Translations under genes and position numbers: made by a program | The notes under the pieces: generated by a model | Database searches by the model: none | What the model was told of the DNA's origin: nothing | Seen by the model: the letters and a program-made list of their open reading frames with translations, nothing else | NCBI RefSeq assembly: GCF_016433145.1 | Contig: NC_058132.1 | Span: forward strand, 242,183,073-242,247,072 | Reading direction: 5' to 3' | Source: Gracilinanus agilis | Taxonomy: Eukaryota | Length of the DNA stretch: 64,000 nt | Shown: positions 1 through 12,829 of the stretch, piece after piece | Layout: every line of letters begins with the position of its first letter | Numbering within the stretch: position 1 is the first letter of the stretch

Positions 1-353
1 CACTTCTTCGTCTTTCCCCATCCCCCGGTTCTCCTGCCTTCTCCTTCTCCCCTCCTTCCCCCTCCCTTCTTCCTCCTTTTGCCCCCTCCTCCTCGTTATC
101 TCCCTCTCCTCTTCCCCTCCCCTCTCTTCTTGCTCCTCTCCCTTCTCACTCTACCTCATTCTCCTCCTGCCACCTCCCTCTTTTCTCTTCCCTTCCTCTT
201 CCCTTTTCCCTTCTTCCCACTCTTTTCCTCTCCATCCTCCTCTCCTATTCTCCCTCCTTTCCTTCTCCACCCCCCCCTTTTCCCTGCTCCTCTCTCCTTA
301 CCCCTCTCTTCTTTCTTCCCCCTCCCTTCTTCCTGGACCCTTCTCCCTCTTCT
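1..353. repeat. Low-complexity polypyrimidine (C/T) tract
   Basis: Almost only C and T on the + strand for ~350 bp; explains the Pro/Leu/Phe/Ser and Gly/Arg/Lys/Glu pseudo-ORFs here. Confidence 0.9.
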
Positions 354-2369
354 GTCAAAGAAAAACAAAGGTCCCTATGAGAATCCTAGCATCTCAGCAC
401 TGCTGCATATCCCTGGGTCCAGGCTCTCCTACACATCACTTCTAATTCCTATCCAACTCCAACAACAGTAATCTAACATACATGTAGTGCTTTAAGGTCT
501 GCAAAGTGCTCTCTATTTCATTTGAGCCTCACACCAACCCTGAGAGACAACTAGTATCCTCCCCCAGGTTAAATGACTTGCCCAGGGTTACAATTAAGTC
601 TTATATCAGAATTGGAATTCCAGTCTTCCTTGAGGTTGAAAGGAATTTCCAACTCCTTCATTTTATAAGTGAAGAAAATGAGGCCGAGTTTAAATATCTT
701 GCACAGGTTCAAACATTTATTAATGTCCTTCACAGAATTTGAGCCCGACTTTTTGTTTGTATTTACATAGCTCCAGAATATATGGTCTGGCCTGTTTCCT
801 TCCTTCTTTAGAGCTAGAAGGGAATTCTGAAGTTGTTAAATTCAACTCATTTCTTTCACAGATGAGGAAACTTAAGGCTGAGAAAGGTGTTCTCAGGGAC
901 ACACAGCTAAATGTCTTGCTTAGGGAAAGGACTAGGCAGTCATCAAATCCAACTCCTTTCTTTTACTGATAAAACCTGCTGATGAGAGAGGTTTAAAAGC
1001 TTGTACAGTGAGTGCCTGAAGCTGGATTCAAACCCTTCACCACCTAGGGGCCTCTTTGAGGTATAATCCCTCTTTTTCTATTCCAGAAAGACAAGATTGG
1101 GCCAGGGAATTGGAATCTGGAAAGTCTAGGTTTGAATGTAACATTTATTACTACTGTGTGGCCCTGAGCAAATTAATTGCTCTGGGCCAGTTTTCTCCTC
1201 TATAAAACAACTCTGTGACCTCCAAATCCCTTCCAAGCTTTAATGCTTTTATGCTAATCAATAGTAATTTGTAATTTGTAAATTAAAAAGGGGATGAGGG
1301 AGATGCCCTGGAATTGAGAGGCTGGCACCCAAAGGGAACTAAAAATATTAGAACCCTTTGCATAGTACATGCTTCTTGTGTTCCAATCAAATAGCTAGTT
1401 GCAAGCATTAAAGTAATAAGAGCATTCTTGCAGTTTGGTAATATAGACCTCTGGGAATGTGCGTAGATTTTGTTTTCAAATGTTATTTAGTACAAGTGAG
1501 CACCAAATCATGATTTTGTTGCTGTTCTTGAATGAAATTGAAGATATTTCCTTTATTCTTATTATAAATCCCTCCTTTGTATCTTTCCTGCCCACTTTTG
1601 GGTTCCTTAGGATTAGAGATTTAAAGCTGCCTAAATGGACCTTGGGGTTTATGGTCCAGGAGGAAGTAACCCCAGAGGCTATTTATTTTGTCCAACCCCT
1701 CTCCAGTTACAAAGGAAAAAACTAAGACCTGGGGGTAGGCTAAACCATTTGGCAAGATCTCATAGGTAGTAATCAATCCTCAAGAGGCAAGATTTGAATC
1801 TTAAGTCTTTCTCTGATCTCTCAACCAGTACTTTTTCCACTTTGTACCACTTTGCTTCCCACTCTGGTCCAGACTCTTGGCATTTTTTAACAGAAGAAGA
1901 AATTGGGACCCAGAAAGGGTTAGTTATTTACCCAATGTCACAACACTTTATAATATTATATAAGTGGCACAATCTATTATTATGAGTGGCACTTTTATTT
2001 TGAATTGTGATCATTTGGGGTAAGGTGTCTTCTTCCTTCTCAATTAATTGGAAGGCCCCCAGCAATAGCTCTGAAGATATGAAGATTCATATTTGAATCA
2101 ACTGAGAATTCCTCTCCACTCTCAGGCGATAAGAAAACAGCTACTTTGAAAGGTACTAGGTTTGTGAGTTTATTCAAGAAAAACTTGCTATTAAGGAGCA
2201 CAGGAGCTAGAGAAAGTAAACAGGAGGCTTACCTGGATGAAAAAGCCATTTAGATTGGCTATCTGAAAGACCAGGGGAAACACCTCGGAGATGTTTAATT
2301 GCTTCCAGATATCAGCTCTCACAAGATAACACACCCACCTCATTACTGGACTCTGAAGGGAATGGCTTA

Positions 2370-3115
2370 ACGCACGGGGCGGGGCGGGGAGCCCTTTAAG
2401 GAATGAAGTCCTGGTGTCTGCACACGCCCCATAGAGAGTTGATGCTTTCTTTAAAGCCTCAAGAAAATGACTGGAACCTTTTGCAATTCCATCCTCAGGC
2501 AGAGATTTTCTATTGCTGTTCTAAATGATACGGCCAGGCCGAGACCAAAACCAGGAGGAGACTTCATACTAATCATTTCCGTCGGAGCCTTTCTTTTCCT
2601 TTTAAGCTTAGAAACCAATGTCTGTAGCCAGCAACTGCCTTCACCCCGGGTCTCTGAGCCCTTTGACAATTTCACTCTCTGGGCAAGTGAAATTAATCAG
2701 AAGTCTGTTGGGTTAAACTAGACAGCGTAAACTTCCGCAGAGAGAGTAGTATCTTCGCTTTAAAAGCTTACAGCTTTTTGTGACGTTTTTTACCACTTTC
2801 TACCCCAGCAGGACAATGAATACAAAACCACACAGTAAGAGAAAAGGGAAAGTTCAGGCTAGAGAAGAGACTCTCTCCAGGTGGTCCAGCCGCTCACCTC
2901 CTGACCCCGTTCAGAGTGGATTAACGCGGGACAGCCTTCGTCCCGCCCAGTCCAGACGAGAACAGCAGCCTTTGGAGATGTGACAAGGCTCCGCCTCCAG
3001 CGCCCCTCTATGACGTAACAATGCCACGCGTCTAGAGCCTTGTTAGAGGGGGAAGACTATAAAGGAGAGTGGTCTTGGAGACGCCTGGGGTTTTTAGGAA
3101 ACTACGTAGGAGGTC
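2370..3115 (+). promoter_or_regulatory. FKBP7: FKBP7 promoter (weak CpG island)
   Basis: CpG-enriched versus flanks; tandem GC boxes GGGGCGGGGCGGGG 2376-2389; TGACGTAA 3011-3018; TGCCACGC 3022-3029; TATAAA 3058-3063, ~55 bp before the ATG at 3116. Confidence 0.65.
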
Positions 3116-3327
3116 ATGCGTTTTTCCTTTAAATGCGTTCTTTTCTTGCAGGCTTTAAGCCTCTATTCTTTCCTTGTTCAGGGACAAAAACTAGAGGAAA
3201 GTATGGAAGAAGTGAAAATAGAAGTTTTGCATCTTCCAGAGAATTGTTCTTCCAAAAGCAAGAAGGGGGACCTGCTAAATGCCCATTATGACGGCTACTT
3301 GACCAACGGCACCAAATTCTACTGCAG
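3116..3327 (+). CDS. FKBP7: FKBP7 exon 1 (signal peptide + start of FKBP-type PPIase domain)
   Basis: MRFSFKCVLFLQALSLYSFLVQGQKLEESMEEVKIEVLHLPENCSSKSKKGDLLNAHYDGYLTNGTKFYC matches recalled FKBP7; donor AG|gtagga at 3328; phase 2. Confidence 0.96.
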
Positions 3328-4599
3328 GTAGGAAACGCATGCCAACGACACTGTGGTTTCACTTAGATTCTACTAGTCTCATGTCGTATCAAAATGTGCC
3401 CTCCTAGCAGAAAGCTACTTATTAATTAGATAGTGAGTAGACAATGGAATTCTAACAAATAAGATTCAGTACTGCATTTATGCAAAAGTTGAAGATTTAC
3501 TAACTAGATATTTCGCCCAACTTGCATTTAAGAGCATGGTGCTTCATTTTTATTTGACTGAATATTACTGTTAAAGTTACTGAAAGGTGGAGATGTAGGC
3601 CCAAAATGTAACCATATCCGTGCTCTTTTTTTGCCTCTATAAATTGTGGTCATTTGAACTATTTCAGAATGTTTCTATTTATATATATTGAATTAGAGAG
3701 AGAGAGAGAGAGAATATATAGAGTCTTTAGCTTCCCTCCACTAGGTGATTAAACCCCACGTGAGAACTTTTTGTAGTGGCTGGATCCCTATATTTCCCTA
3801 AAATGAATGTAGAAGATCTGAATTATTAATACAGTAGGAAGGGCTTGTGTTACTCCTTGTCTTACTCTGGATTTCCAGGTTTTTAGACACGTGGGGCCTC
3901 TAGGGAGCACTATACCACAGGCTAGGAGAATTTCCTTTGGGTTTAATGCAAGACTTTGGTATTATTTCTACTTTGAGCTTGATGGAACTTCTATGACCCA
4001 ATGTTATATTTGTAATAACTTTTTTTAAATGAGCTTCTTGTGTAAAAGAAGGACATTTATTCTCTATTTTTAAGGCTTCCACAGAGATGTAACAACTTTA
4101 ATAATATTACCCAAAGTATTTTTTTTCCTCCAGTCACACACAAGTCTAAAAAGGATGGTGGTAGGAGATAACAAGGAAAAAAATCATGTTCTTCCTGTTT
4201 AGAAGTGGATTAGAATTCTCTGAAGCCAGTTATTCCATTGATTCAACCTATAAGTATTCACTAAATATCTACTTAATGTTTCAGGAGGTACTGTGTTAGG
4301 TGCTTGGGATGCCAAAGTCATTCATGACAGCTTCTGCTCTCTAGAAATAAATCGTAAGTGGGTGCTGGGAAAGATACAAGCATAAAAATAAAGGGGAGTA
4401 ATAAGGAGAGAGAGAAAACTAATAATTGGACATGAAAGGAGATTAAAAGTTTCACAGCTTTGTAAGGAAAAAAGTTAAGGTGGGAATAAAAATAAAGTAA
4501 CATTTTGTTACTTGTAGCTTTGGGCATTTTATATCCCTATTTCTGAGGAAATTTGGGCTAAAATTATGTAGGAACACAAAATGGATGACATTAAAAATG

Positions 4600-5040
4600 T
4601 GATGAAGCCAGTTCAGAGACACTATCTAGATAGCCAATTGTTAAATTTTCAGTGTAAGCATTTTTATTTCTTGGAAATGGCGAATGCAGCAAATTATACT
4701 TGATTTTTTTTTTTATTGATTATTTAGACTTGAGAAAGTTTTGGATAGAGAAAATGTTAATAATGCAAATTAAATTTAAAAGTGTATCCTGAGGGGCAGC
4801 TGGGTAGCTCAGTGGAGTGAGAGTCAGGCCTAGAGACAGGAGGTCCTAGGTTCAAACCCGGCCTCAGCCACTTCCCAGCTGTGTGACCCTGGGCGAGTCA
4901 CTTGACCCCCATTGCCCACCCTTACCACTCTTCTACCTATGAGAAAATACACCGAAGTACAAGGGTTTAAAAAAAAAAAAGTGTATCCTGAGTACATTTT
5001 TAATTTCCTGCATCACACTTATTAAATTTTAACAAGCAAG
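4600..5040 (+). mobile_element. Old MER63-like (hAT-Blackjack) DNA transposon remnant, interrupted by a SINE
   Basis: Motifs attgttaaattttcag ... gagaaaatgttaataatgcaaattaaatttaaaagtgt resemble recalled MER63; related copy at ~58905-59110. Confidence 0.5.
4793..4976 (+). mobile_element. Young tRNA-derived SINE (SINE1_Mdo-like)
   Basis: GGGGCAGCTGGGTAGCTCAGTGG head, B box GGTTCAAACCC, A tail; TSD AAAAGTGTATCCTGAG at 4778-4793 and 4977-4992. Confidence 0.9.
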
Positions 5041-5219
5041 CCCCCAAGAATATATTAACAGATACAGTCATTTAAAACATAAAATAATATTTTAATTCTG
5101 ATATCTATTTGACACTGTTAATTGTCTAGCATATTATCTCTATTTTAACATAACTCTTACTTTCCGTGGTATGACTTCTTTGTGACTTAAATATATTGTC
5201 TTTTTCCTTTTTATGGTAG

Positions 5220-5371
5220 CCGGACACAAAATGAAGGTCACCCAAAATGGTTTGTTCTTGGTGTTGGGCAAGTGATAAAAGGCCTAGATATTGCTATGAT
5301 GGGTATGTGTTCTGGAGAAAAAAGAAAAGTGACAATACCTCCTTCACTGGCCTATGGAAAGCAAGGCTATG
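5220..5371 (+). CDS. FKBP7: FKBP7 exon 2
   Basis: ggtag|C acceptor; (S)RTQNEGHPKWFVLGVGQVIKGLDIAMMGMCSGEKRKVTIPPSLAYGKQGY; donor G|gtaaac; 152 bp. Confidence 0.97.
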
Positions 5372-6139
5372 GTAAACACTTAATATTATTATAAACCTAC
5401 TATTTCTATTGCATTTCAAAATGAGTCATTAGGAAAACTAATCATACAACTTGGCTGTGTTCTGTAACACTTTATTCTAGGTGCTTTATTCTTTTTAATG
5501 TCCTCAGTACTACACAGGTGTGGATACTTCCCCTCCTACCCAAAGCATTTCTTCATAAGTGGCTATGACCTTCCAGAAGGCTTGTAGTAGCCAGCCTTCT
5601 GGATCTGAAGTCAAAGGTCCTGGGGTTCATATTTCCAGGTCTGACACTTGATCCCTTTGTGACTTTGGGACAAAATCACTTAACCTCTCTGGGCCCTCAG
5701 TTTCCTAACTTGCAAAATAAGGGGAGTTGGTTGAACTAAATCCTTAAATGTCCTTTTGAGTGGTCCTAACTTAAATTTTTCGGTGTCTGCATTGGTCCTC
5801 AGCAAACTTGAAGTAGAGATTGTTTCATTCTTTATATTTCGGTTCTCAGTGCCTAGCACAATATCTGGCAAATGGTGGGCTCTTGATAAATGCTTATAGA
5901 TTGGTTGATTGTCCGGCCACTTTGGCTAGGACCTTGAGGTGCTTGCTATCTTCCCTGGCAAGGACTACATGGGGTCACTGTCACTCTACAATGAAGTGCT
6001 GAAGTTGGACCATAGTGGGGGTCAATGCATACTTATGGTAATAATAACTCAAATTTAGGTAGCACTTAAGGGGAACAAAACCTTTCCCACAATAGCCCTC
6101 TGGCAAGTTGGGAGTGTAACAAATAAAATTAATATAGAG

Positions 6140-6336
6140 CAGTGATTCCCAGAGTGGGCGCCACCACCCCCTGGTGGGTGCTGTGGCAATCCAGGGTGGC
6201 AGTGATGGCCACAGGTACATTTATCTTTCCTATTAATTGCCACTACTAAAATTTAAAAAAAAATTAATGTCTAGGGGGCTAAGTAATATTTTTTCTGGAA
6301 AGGGGGCAGTAGGCCAAAAAAGTTTGGGAACCACTG
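6140..6336 (+). mobile_element. hAT (Charlie-group) MITE, family A copy 1
   Basis: TIRs CAGTGATTCCCA.../...TTTGGGAACCACTG; perfect 8-bp TSD ATATAGAG (6132-6139, 6337-6344). Confidence 0.9.
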
Positions 6337-7236
6337 ATATAGAGGGACAGAATTAAAAATATCATGGTTTCAAAGGATTTATTGAAAGCCATTTAGAAAA
6401 ATGAAGCCATGTGCCTATTAATATTATTTCAAAAGTCACACCATACCTTCCCACCAAGCTGCTTCAGCAGGAAAAAAGAGTGTACCAATCCCCTCCTGAG
6501 TCTTTACACTTCTGTCTACTTTATCACACTTCCTGTCGACCTCATTATGCAAGAGGAATCATGGGAAATGCAGTTTTGAAAGAGTCCTAAATGTCCACAG
6601 GAAGTTTAGATCAGGGACCTCAAAATTAGTTCAAGGACCCCCAAATTTCCATTATCACAGGAGTGTGCAACTATTAACTTCATTTTCCATAAACGGAGGC
6701 TCAGGAAGATTATGGCTTGGTTATGGTTACCCACCCAGTGAGCGACAGGACCAGGATTCAGTTCTAGATATTCTGGTTCTTTCCACTATCTTTTCTTTAA
6801 ACTATGCTTTTTCCCAAAATGAAAGACAATTAAAAAATGAAGGCAGCTTTTAAAGGTAGAAGAGAGGATATTTGGAGTCATTTTTAAATCAGCCCCTGAG
6901 ATGTAGTAATAAGCAAGTCACTGAATCAACCACACACGAGAGAATTTTTTATGGCATGCTGAGCAAATGGACTGAAGTCTTCAGCATCCATCCTTTTCTT
7001 AATCCACGACAGAGAAGGGATGTAAAAGAAATGAACCCCCTGCAGATAGACAAAATTTCCAGCTTTTCCCTAGGGAGAAGGTTGTTCCCACCCTGCAGCC
7101 ATGGAGGGGAGCACAGTTCCTCCCTCTGCCTTCTGGAATTCCAGAAGAGGCTTCCAAACTGGGTCTGAAAGTGGTAGTATATTGTGTGAGAGGGCCCTCG
7201 GAGCCACAGCTACAACGCCGAAGTGCTGGCATGATG

Positions 7237-7315
7237 CAGAGTGTCCCAAAAGTCTTACTGCAGTTTGAGGTTTATTAAAGCTTAAAACGGTACTAAGACT
7301 TTTGGGACAACTCTG
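7237..7315. mobile_element. ~80-bp palindromic Tc1/mariner-type MITE (duplicate at 10213-10291)
   Basis: Perfect 16-bp inverted repeat TGTCCCAAAAGTCTTA (7242-7257) / TAAGACTTTTGGGACA (7294-7309), extended by CAGAG.../...CTCTG ends. Confidence 0.7.
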
Positions 7316-9818
7316 TGTGACTACAAAAATCAGTGAGAGAACCTGGTTATTACAAGGGGCACATCGCTGATGGGCCTGCTATTCACAAAGCTGTCAAATT
7401 GAATAACAGTGTAGTTCGTGTGTACCAAAGGCAAAGGCCAGGACCTCATTGTGGCCGCTTACTTATCTAGTCTCTTCTTGCCACTGAAGAAAGCTAGAGC
7501 ATCCTTGTCCTCCTGATAGAGATTCCTAGAGCTGAAAAAGCCTTCAAGCAGTCAACGAACCTGTGTCTTATAGTCAGACCTGATCGACCTCTAAATCACC
7601 GAGCGAGAAGTTGGTCAATATTTCTTCTTCCAGAGCCTAATTGTCTATGGCTAACTTGCCGCTCCAACTTTATCTGGTTGTATTTGCCAAGTATTCGGTC
7701 CTGTCTGAACAGCCTCCACTGGAGAAAGGATGTATATTCTAAGTTGTTGGTTTTGCAGAGACCCATAAAGATTCACTTGTTTCAATTCATGGGAGCCTTG
7801 AAAAAAAGTAATTACTTTGATAGAACGTTAGGAATTTGAAACCTCTATCCTTCCCACAAAATCAGATTAAATGTTACATTTGTGCAAAAACTGAATGAAG
7901 ATACTAGATAGTAAAACCAAGTTACAGCTCGGGAACAGTGAATTCCTAGGTGTAGAGGGAGAGGGGAGGCTTTAATACCTAATCCTTAAGGAGGAGAAAC
8001 TACAGTAATAAATTCAGGGACTCTATTAGACCTAAAATAGGGGAGCTAACAAGGGACACAGACACCAACTAGCCCTTCAAATCATAAGTAGGTGGCTGCC
8101 TCCTAACAGGTCCTCGGGCCACTAACGCAGCATGAGTTATTTTCTGAGAAGCCCAGGCTTCTCCTAGGGAATAATCTCCAAGATGTAATATGGAAATGGG
8201 TAAAGTCAGTCATTGCTCAGAGGGAAAAAGAAAAAAATATGGAAAGAATCGTAGAGCTTTAAAGATTTGAACCAGTATTTAATTGGGCTTTTTTTCCTGT
8301 GACTTCAAATATAACAGGTTTCCTTTATAGCTTAAAAAAGATCTTCCTCCAGTCACATATAAGAACTTTATAATTTATTAATGTGACACAGATACTGCTT
8401 CCATTTTACCAAGCATTTCAATTAAATCATTCTTTGGATCCTGGGAGCTAGAAAGGCTGGTATCACTTTCTAGTAGGGGGAGTGGAAGAGTAGGATTTTT
8501 TTGTGATCCAGTGGGCTAGGCTTAGGTAACCTGGGTTTCACCTGCTATAACCTGAGCACTTTGTATTCTCTGAATAAAAGGCTCTTTTTAAAATCTAAAA
8601 GATAATAAATTTGAGTCCTTGTTACTTCATTTTGTTCACAATGGAGAGGGAAAAGAGGTAACTTTCTTGGAAGTAAATTGTTTTTAATGGCCTCTAAAGA
8701 TCATTATTGACATCCTCTTTTGCTTTTTCTTCTTTTAATTACATTTTTTCTTATACTCATTCTTAATTAAATTCGACAAACACTTAAGTGTTTACTGCAT
8801 GTGAAATTCTCTGGTAGGTGCTAGAAGGCTCTACTGAGAAGGCTCAACTGATAACGTCATCATGCCAGAGCACATCTACTTTGAATGCAAAACAAATAGC
8901 AGTATATAAGACCGATGTCTTGTCCTGAGGCTGATTGAACTGTTGTAGAACTTGCATTGGAAAGAATAAACAGAAAGTGCCAGTAATGTCCCAGGCTCTC
9001 AAGGAAACCATAATCTAATGGGGAAAACTAAAAGCAAATTAGCATGCACAAACATACTACATACAGGATGATTAGGAAATAACAGAGAGAAGGCACTAGA
9101 ATCCAGAATTCTGGTCTCTACTGCATCATTAATTATCTGTGCTGACTCTTTGATAAATCACTTTTCTGGGTCTCAAGTTCCATTTCTATAAGAGTAAAGG
9201 CATTCTTCAATAAGCACATTGATCTCTTTTCCCTCTTAACATTCCATGCTTTTATGATAAGATGGCCACTGAGAATTTTTTTCATGAGTTAGAAAGTACA
9301 ATTGGAATTTTAAGTTTGATAAAACATTTGGTGTCTCATCTTATTGTAGCATTTAATAAACTAAAGTATATTAAAACGTTATAAGCCATAAGAAAGCATT
9401 TCTAAGAAACAAGAAGTTTGTTAATTTTCCTTTTTTTTTTTGCAAGATTCATTACTATGCATATCTAATCTCATATGTAGCCCTATTTTAAGGAAAACTT
9501 GAAAAGAAGCATTTTCTTTGCATCATTATTGTAATCCTGCATGTCTTGAAATGCATGTGGTTGTTTTTTTTTAGAGCTTTACCTGTCTGTTCATGTGGTA
9601 CATATTGTTTCTCAAAGCCTTTCTGTTATAACATTACTTTATGGATTTCATCCATAGTGTTAGTCATGTTAGTCATCTATAGTGAATGCAATAATTCTAT
9701 AAATTTATATATTCTTAAAATTTGTTGAAAGAAAAACTTTAATATAGGTAATATTTGGGACACTTGAAATTTTAATTCAGAAACTTGACATGTATATGTA
9801 TACAAGCATATATATATA

Positions 9819-10035
9819 NNNNNNNNNNNNNNNNNNNNNNNNNNNNNNNNNNNNNNNNNNNNNNNNNNNNNNNNNNNNNNNNNNNNNNNNNNNNNNNNNN
9901 NNNNNNNNNNNNNNNNNNNNNNNNNNNNNNNNNNNNNNNNNNNNNNNNNNNNNNNNNNNNNNNNNNNNNNNNNNNNNNNNNNNNNNNNNNNNNNNNNNNN
10001 NNNNNNNNNNNNNNNNNNNNNNNNNNNNNNNNNNN
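9819..10035. other. Assembly gap (217 N)
   Basis: Run of N. Confidence 0.99.
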
Positions 10036-12781
10036 CAGCTTTTCCCTAGGGAGAAGGTTGTTCCCACCCTGCAGCCATGGAGGGGAGCACAGTTCCTCCC
10101 TCTGCCTTCTGGAATTCCAGAAGAGGCTTCCAAACTGGGTCTGAAAGTGGTAGTATATTGTGTGAGAGGGCCCTCGGAGCCACAGCTACAACGCCGAAGT
10201 GCTGGCATGATGCAGAGTGTCCCAAAAGTCTTACTGCAGTTTGAGGTTTATTAAAGCTTAAAACGGTACTAAGACTTTTGGGACAACTCTGTGTGACTAC
10301 AAAAATCAGTGAGAGAACCTGGTTATTACAAGGGGCACATCGCTGATGGGCCTGCTATTCACAAAGCTGTCAAATTGAATAACAGTGTAGTTCGTGTGTA
10401 CCAAAGGCAAAGGCCAGGACCTCATTGTGGCCGCTTACTTATCTAGTCTCTTCTTGCCACTGAAGAAAGCTAGAGCATCCTTGTCCTCCTGATAGAGATT
10501 CCTAGAGCTGAAAAAGCCTTCAAGCAGTCAACGAACCTGTGTCTTATAGTCAGACCTGATCGACCTCTAAATCACCGAGCGAGAAGTTGGTCAATATTTC
10601 TTCTTCCAGAGCCTAATTGTCTATGGCTAACTTGCCGCTCCAACTTTATCTGGTTGTATTTGCCAAGTATTCGGTCCTGTCTGAACAGCCTCCACTGGAG
10701 AAAGGATGTATATTCTAAGTTGTTGGTTTTGCAGAGACCCATAAAGATTCACTTGTTTCAATTCATGGGAGCCTTGAAAAAAAGTAATTACTTTGATAGA
10801 ACGTTAGGAATTTGAAACCTCTATCCTTCCCACAAAATCAGATTAAATGTTACATTTGTGCAAAAACTGAATGAAGATACTAGATAGTAAAACCAAGTTA
10901 CAGCTCGGGAACAGTGAATTCCTAGGTGTAGAGGGAGAGGGGAGGCTTTAATACCTAATCCTTAAGGAGGAGAAACTACAGTAATAAATTCAGGGACTCT
11001 ATTAGACCTAAAATAGGGGAGCTAACAAGGGACACAGACACCAACTAGCCCTTCAAATCATAAGTAGGTGGCTGCCTCCTAACAGGTCCTCGGGCCACTA
11101 ACGCAGCATGAGTTATTTTCTGAGAAGCCCAGGCTTCTCCTAGGGAATAATCTCCAAGATGTAATATGGAAATGGGTAAAGTCAGTCATTGCTCAGAGGG
11201 AAAAAGAAAAAAATATGGAAAGAATCGTAGAGCTTTAAAGATTTGAACCAGTATTTAATTGGGCTTTTTTTCCTGTGACTTCAAATATAACAGGTTTCCT
11301 TTATAGCTTAAAAAAGATCTTCCTCCAGTCACATATAAGAACTTTATAATTTATTAATGTGACACAGATACTGCTTCCATTTTACCAAGCATTTCAATTA
11401 AATCATTCTTTGGATCCTGGGAGCTAGAAAGGCTGGTATCACTTTCTAGTAGGGGGAGTGGAAGAGTAGGATTTTTTTGTGATCCAGTGGGCTAGGCTTA
11501 GGTAACCTGGGTTTCACCTGCTATAACCTGAGCACTTTGTATTCTCTGAATAAAAGGCTCTTTTTAAAATCTAAAAGATAATAAATTTGAGTCCTTGTTA
11601 CTTCATTTTGTTCACAATGGAGAGGGAAAAGAGGTAACTTTCTTGGAAGTAAATTGTTTTTAATGGCCTCTAAAGATCATTATTGACATCCTCTTTTGCT
11701 TTTTCTTCTTTTAATTACATTTTTTCTTATACTCATTCTTAATTAAATTCGACAAACACTTAAGTGTTTACTGCATGTGAAATTCTCTGGTAGGTGCTAG
11801 AAGGCTCTACTGAGAAGGCTCAACTGATAACGTCATCATGCCAGAGCACATCTACTTTGAATGCAAAACAAATAGCAGTATATAAGACCGATGTCTTGTC
11901 CTGAGGCTGATTGAACTGTTGTAGAACTTGCATTGGAAAGAATAAACAGAAAGTGCCAGTAATGTCCCAGGCTCTCAAGGAAACCATAATCTAATGGGGA
12001 AAACTAAAAGCAAATTAGCATGCACAAACATACTACATACAGGATGATTAGGAAATAACAGAGAGAAGGCACTAGAATCCAGAATTCTGGTCTCTACTGC
12101 ATCATTAATTATCTGTGCTGACTCTTTGATAAATCACTTTTCTGGGTCTCAAGTTCCATTTCTATAAGAGTAAAGGCATTCTTCAATAAGCACATTGATC
12201 TCTTTTCCCTCTTAACATTCCATGCTTTTATGATAAGATGGCCACTGAGAATTTTTTTCATGAGTTAGAAAGTACAATTGGAATTTTAAGTTTGATAAAA
12301 CATTTGGTGTCTCATCTTATTGTAGCATTTAATAAACTAAAGTATATTAAAACGTTATAAGCCATAAGAAAGCATTTCTAAGAAACAAGAAGTTTGTTAA
12401 TTTTCCTTTTTTTTTTTGCAAGATTCATTACTATGCATATCTAATCTCATATGTAGCCCTATTTTAAGGAAAACTTGAAAAGAAGCATTTTCTTTGCATC
12501 ATTATTGTAATCCTGCATGTCTTGAAATGCATGTGGTTGTTTTTTTTTAGAGCTTTACCTGTCTGTTCATGTGGTACATATTGTTTCTCAAAGCCTTTCT
12601 GTTATAACATTACTTTATGGATTTCATCCATAGTGTTAGTCATGTTAGTCATCTATAGTGAATGCAATAATTCTATAAATTTATATATTCTTAAAATTTG
12701 TTGAAAGAAAAACTTTAATATAGGTAATATTTGGGACACTTGAAATTTTAATTCAGAAACTTGACATGTATATGTATACAA

Positions 12782-12829
<48 letters not shown>

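Larger units (their letters stand above)
7060..12794 (+). repeat. Tandem 2.76-kb duplication (7060-9818 = 10036-12794) around an N-gap; probable assembly artefact
   Basis: Constant 2976-bp offset at both ends, identical ORF translations (9546-9728 vs 12522-12704), copy 1 ends inside a (TA)n at the gap. Confidence 0.9.

Noticed and set aside
79-471. 130-aa Pro/Leu/Phe/Ser ORF and its antisense partner
   Set aside because: By-product of the polypyrimidine tract.
1-2400. Expected PLEKHA3 first exon (MEGVLYKW...) on the minus strand
   Set aside because: Not found in this window; not annotated.
7242-7309. Strong hairpin resembling a pre-miRNA
   Set aside because: Better explained as a palindromic Tc1/mariner-type MITE; no expression evidence.
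9777-10254. ORFs spanning the N-gap
   Set aside because: Artefacts of translating N as X.
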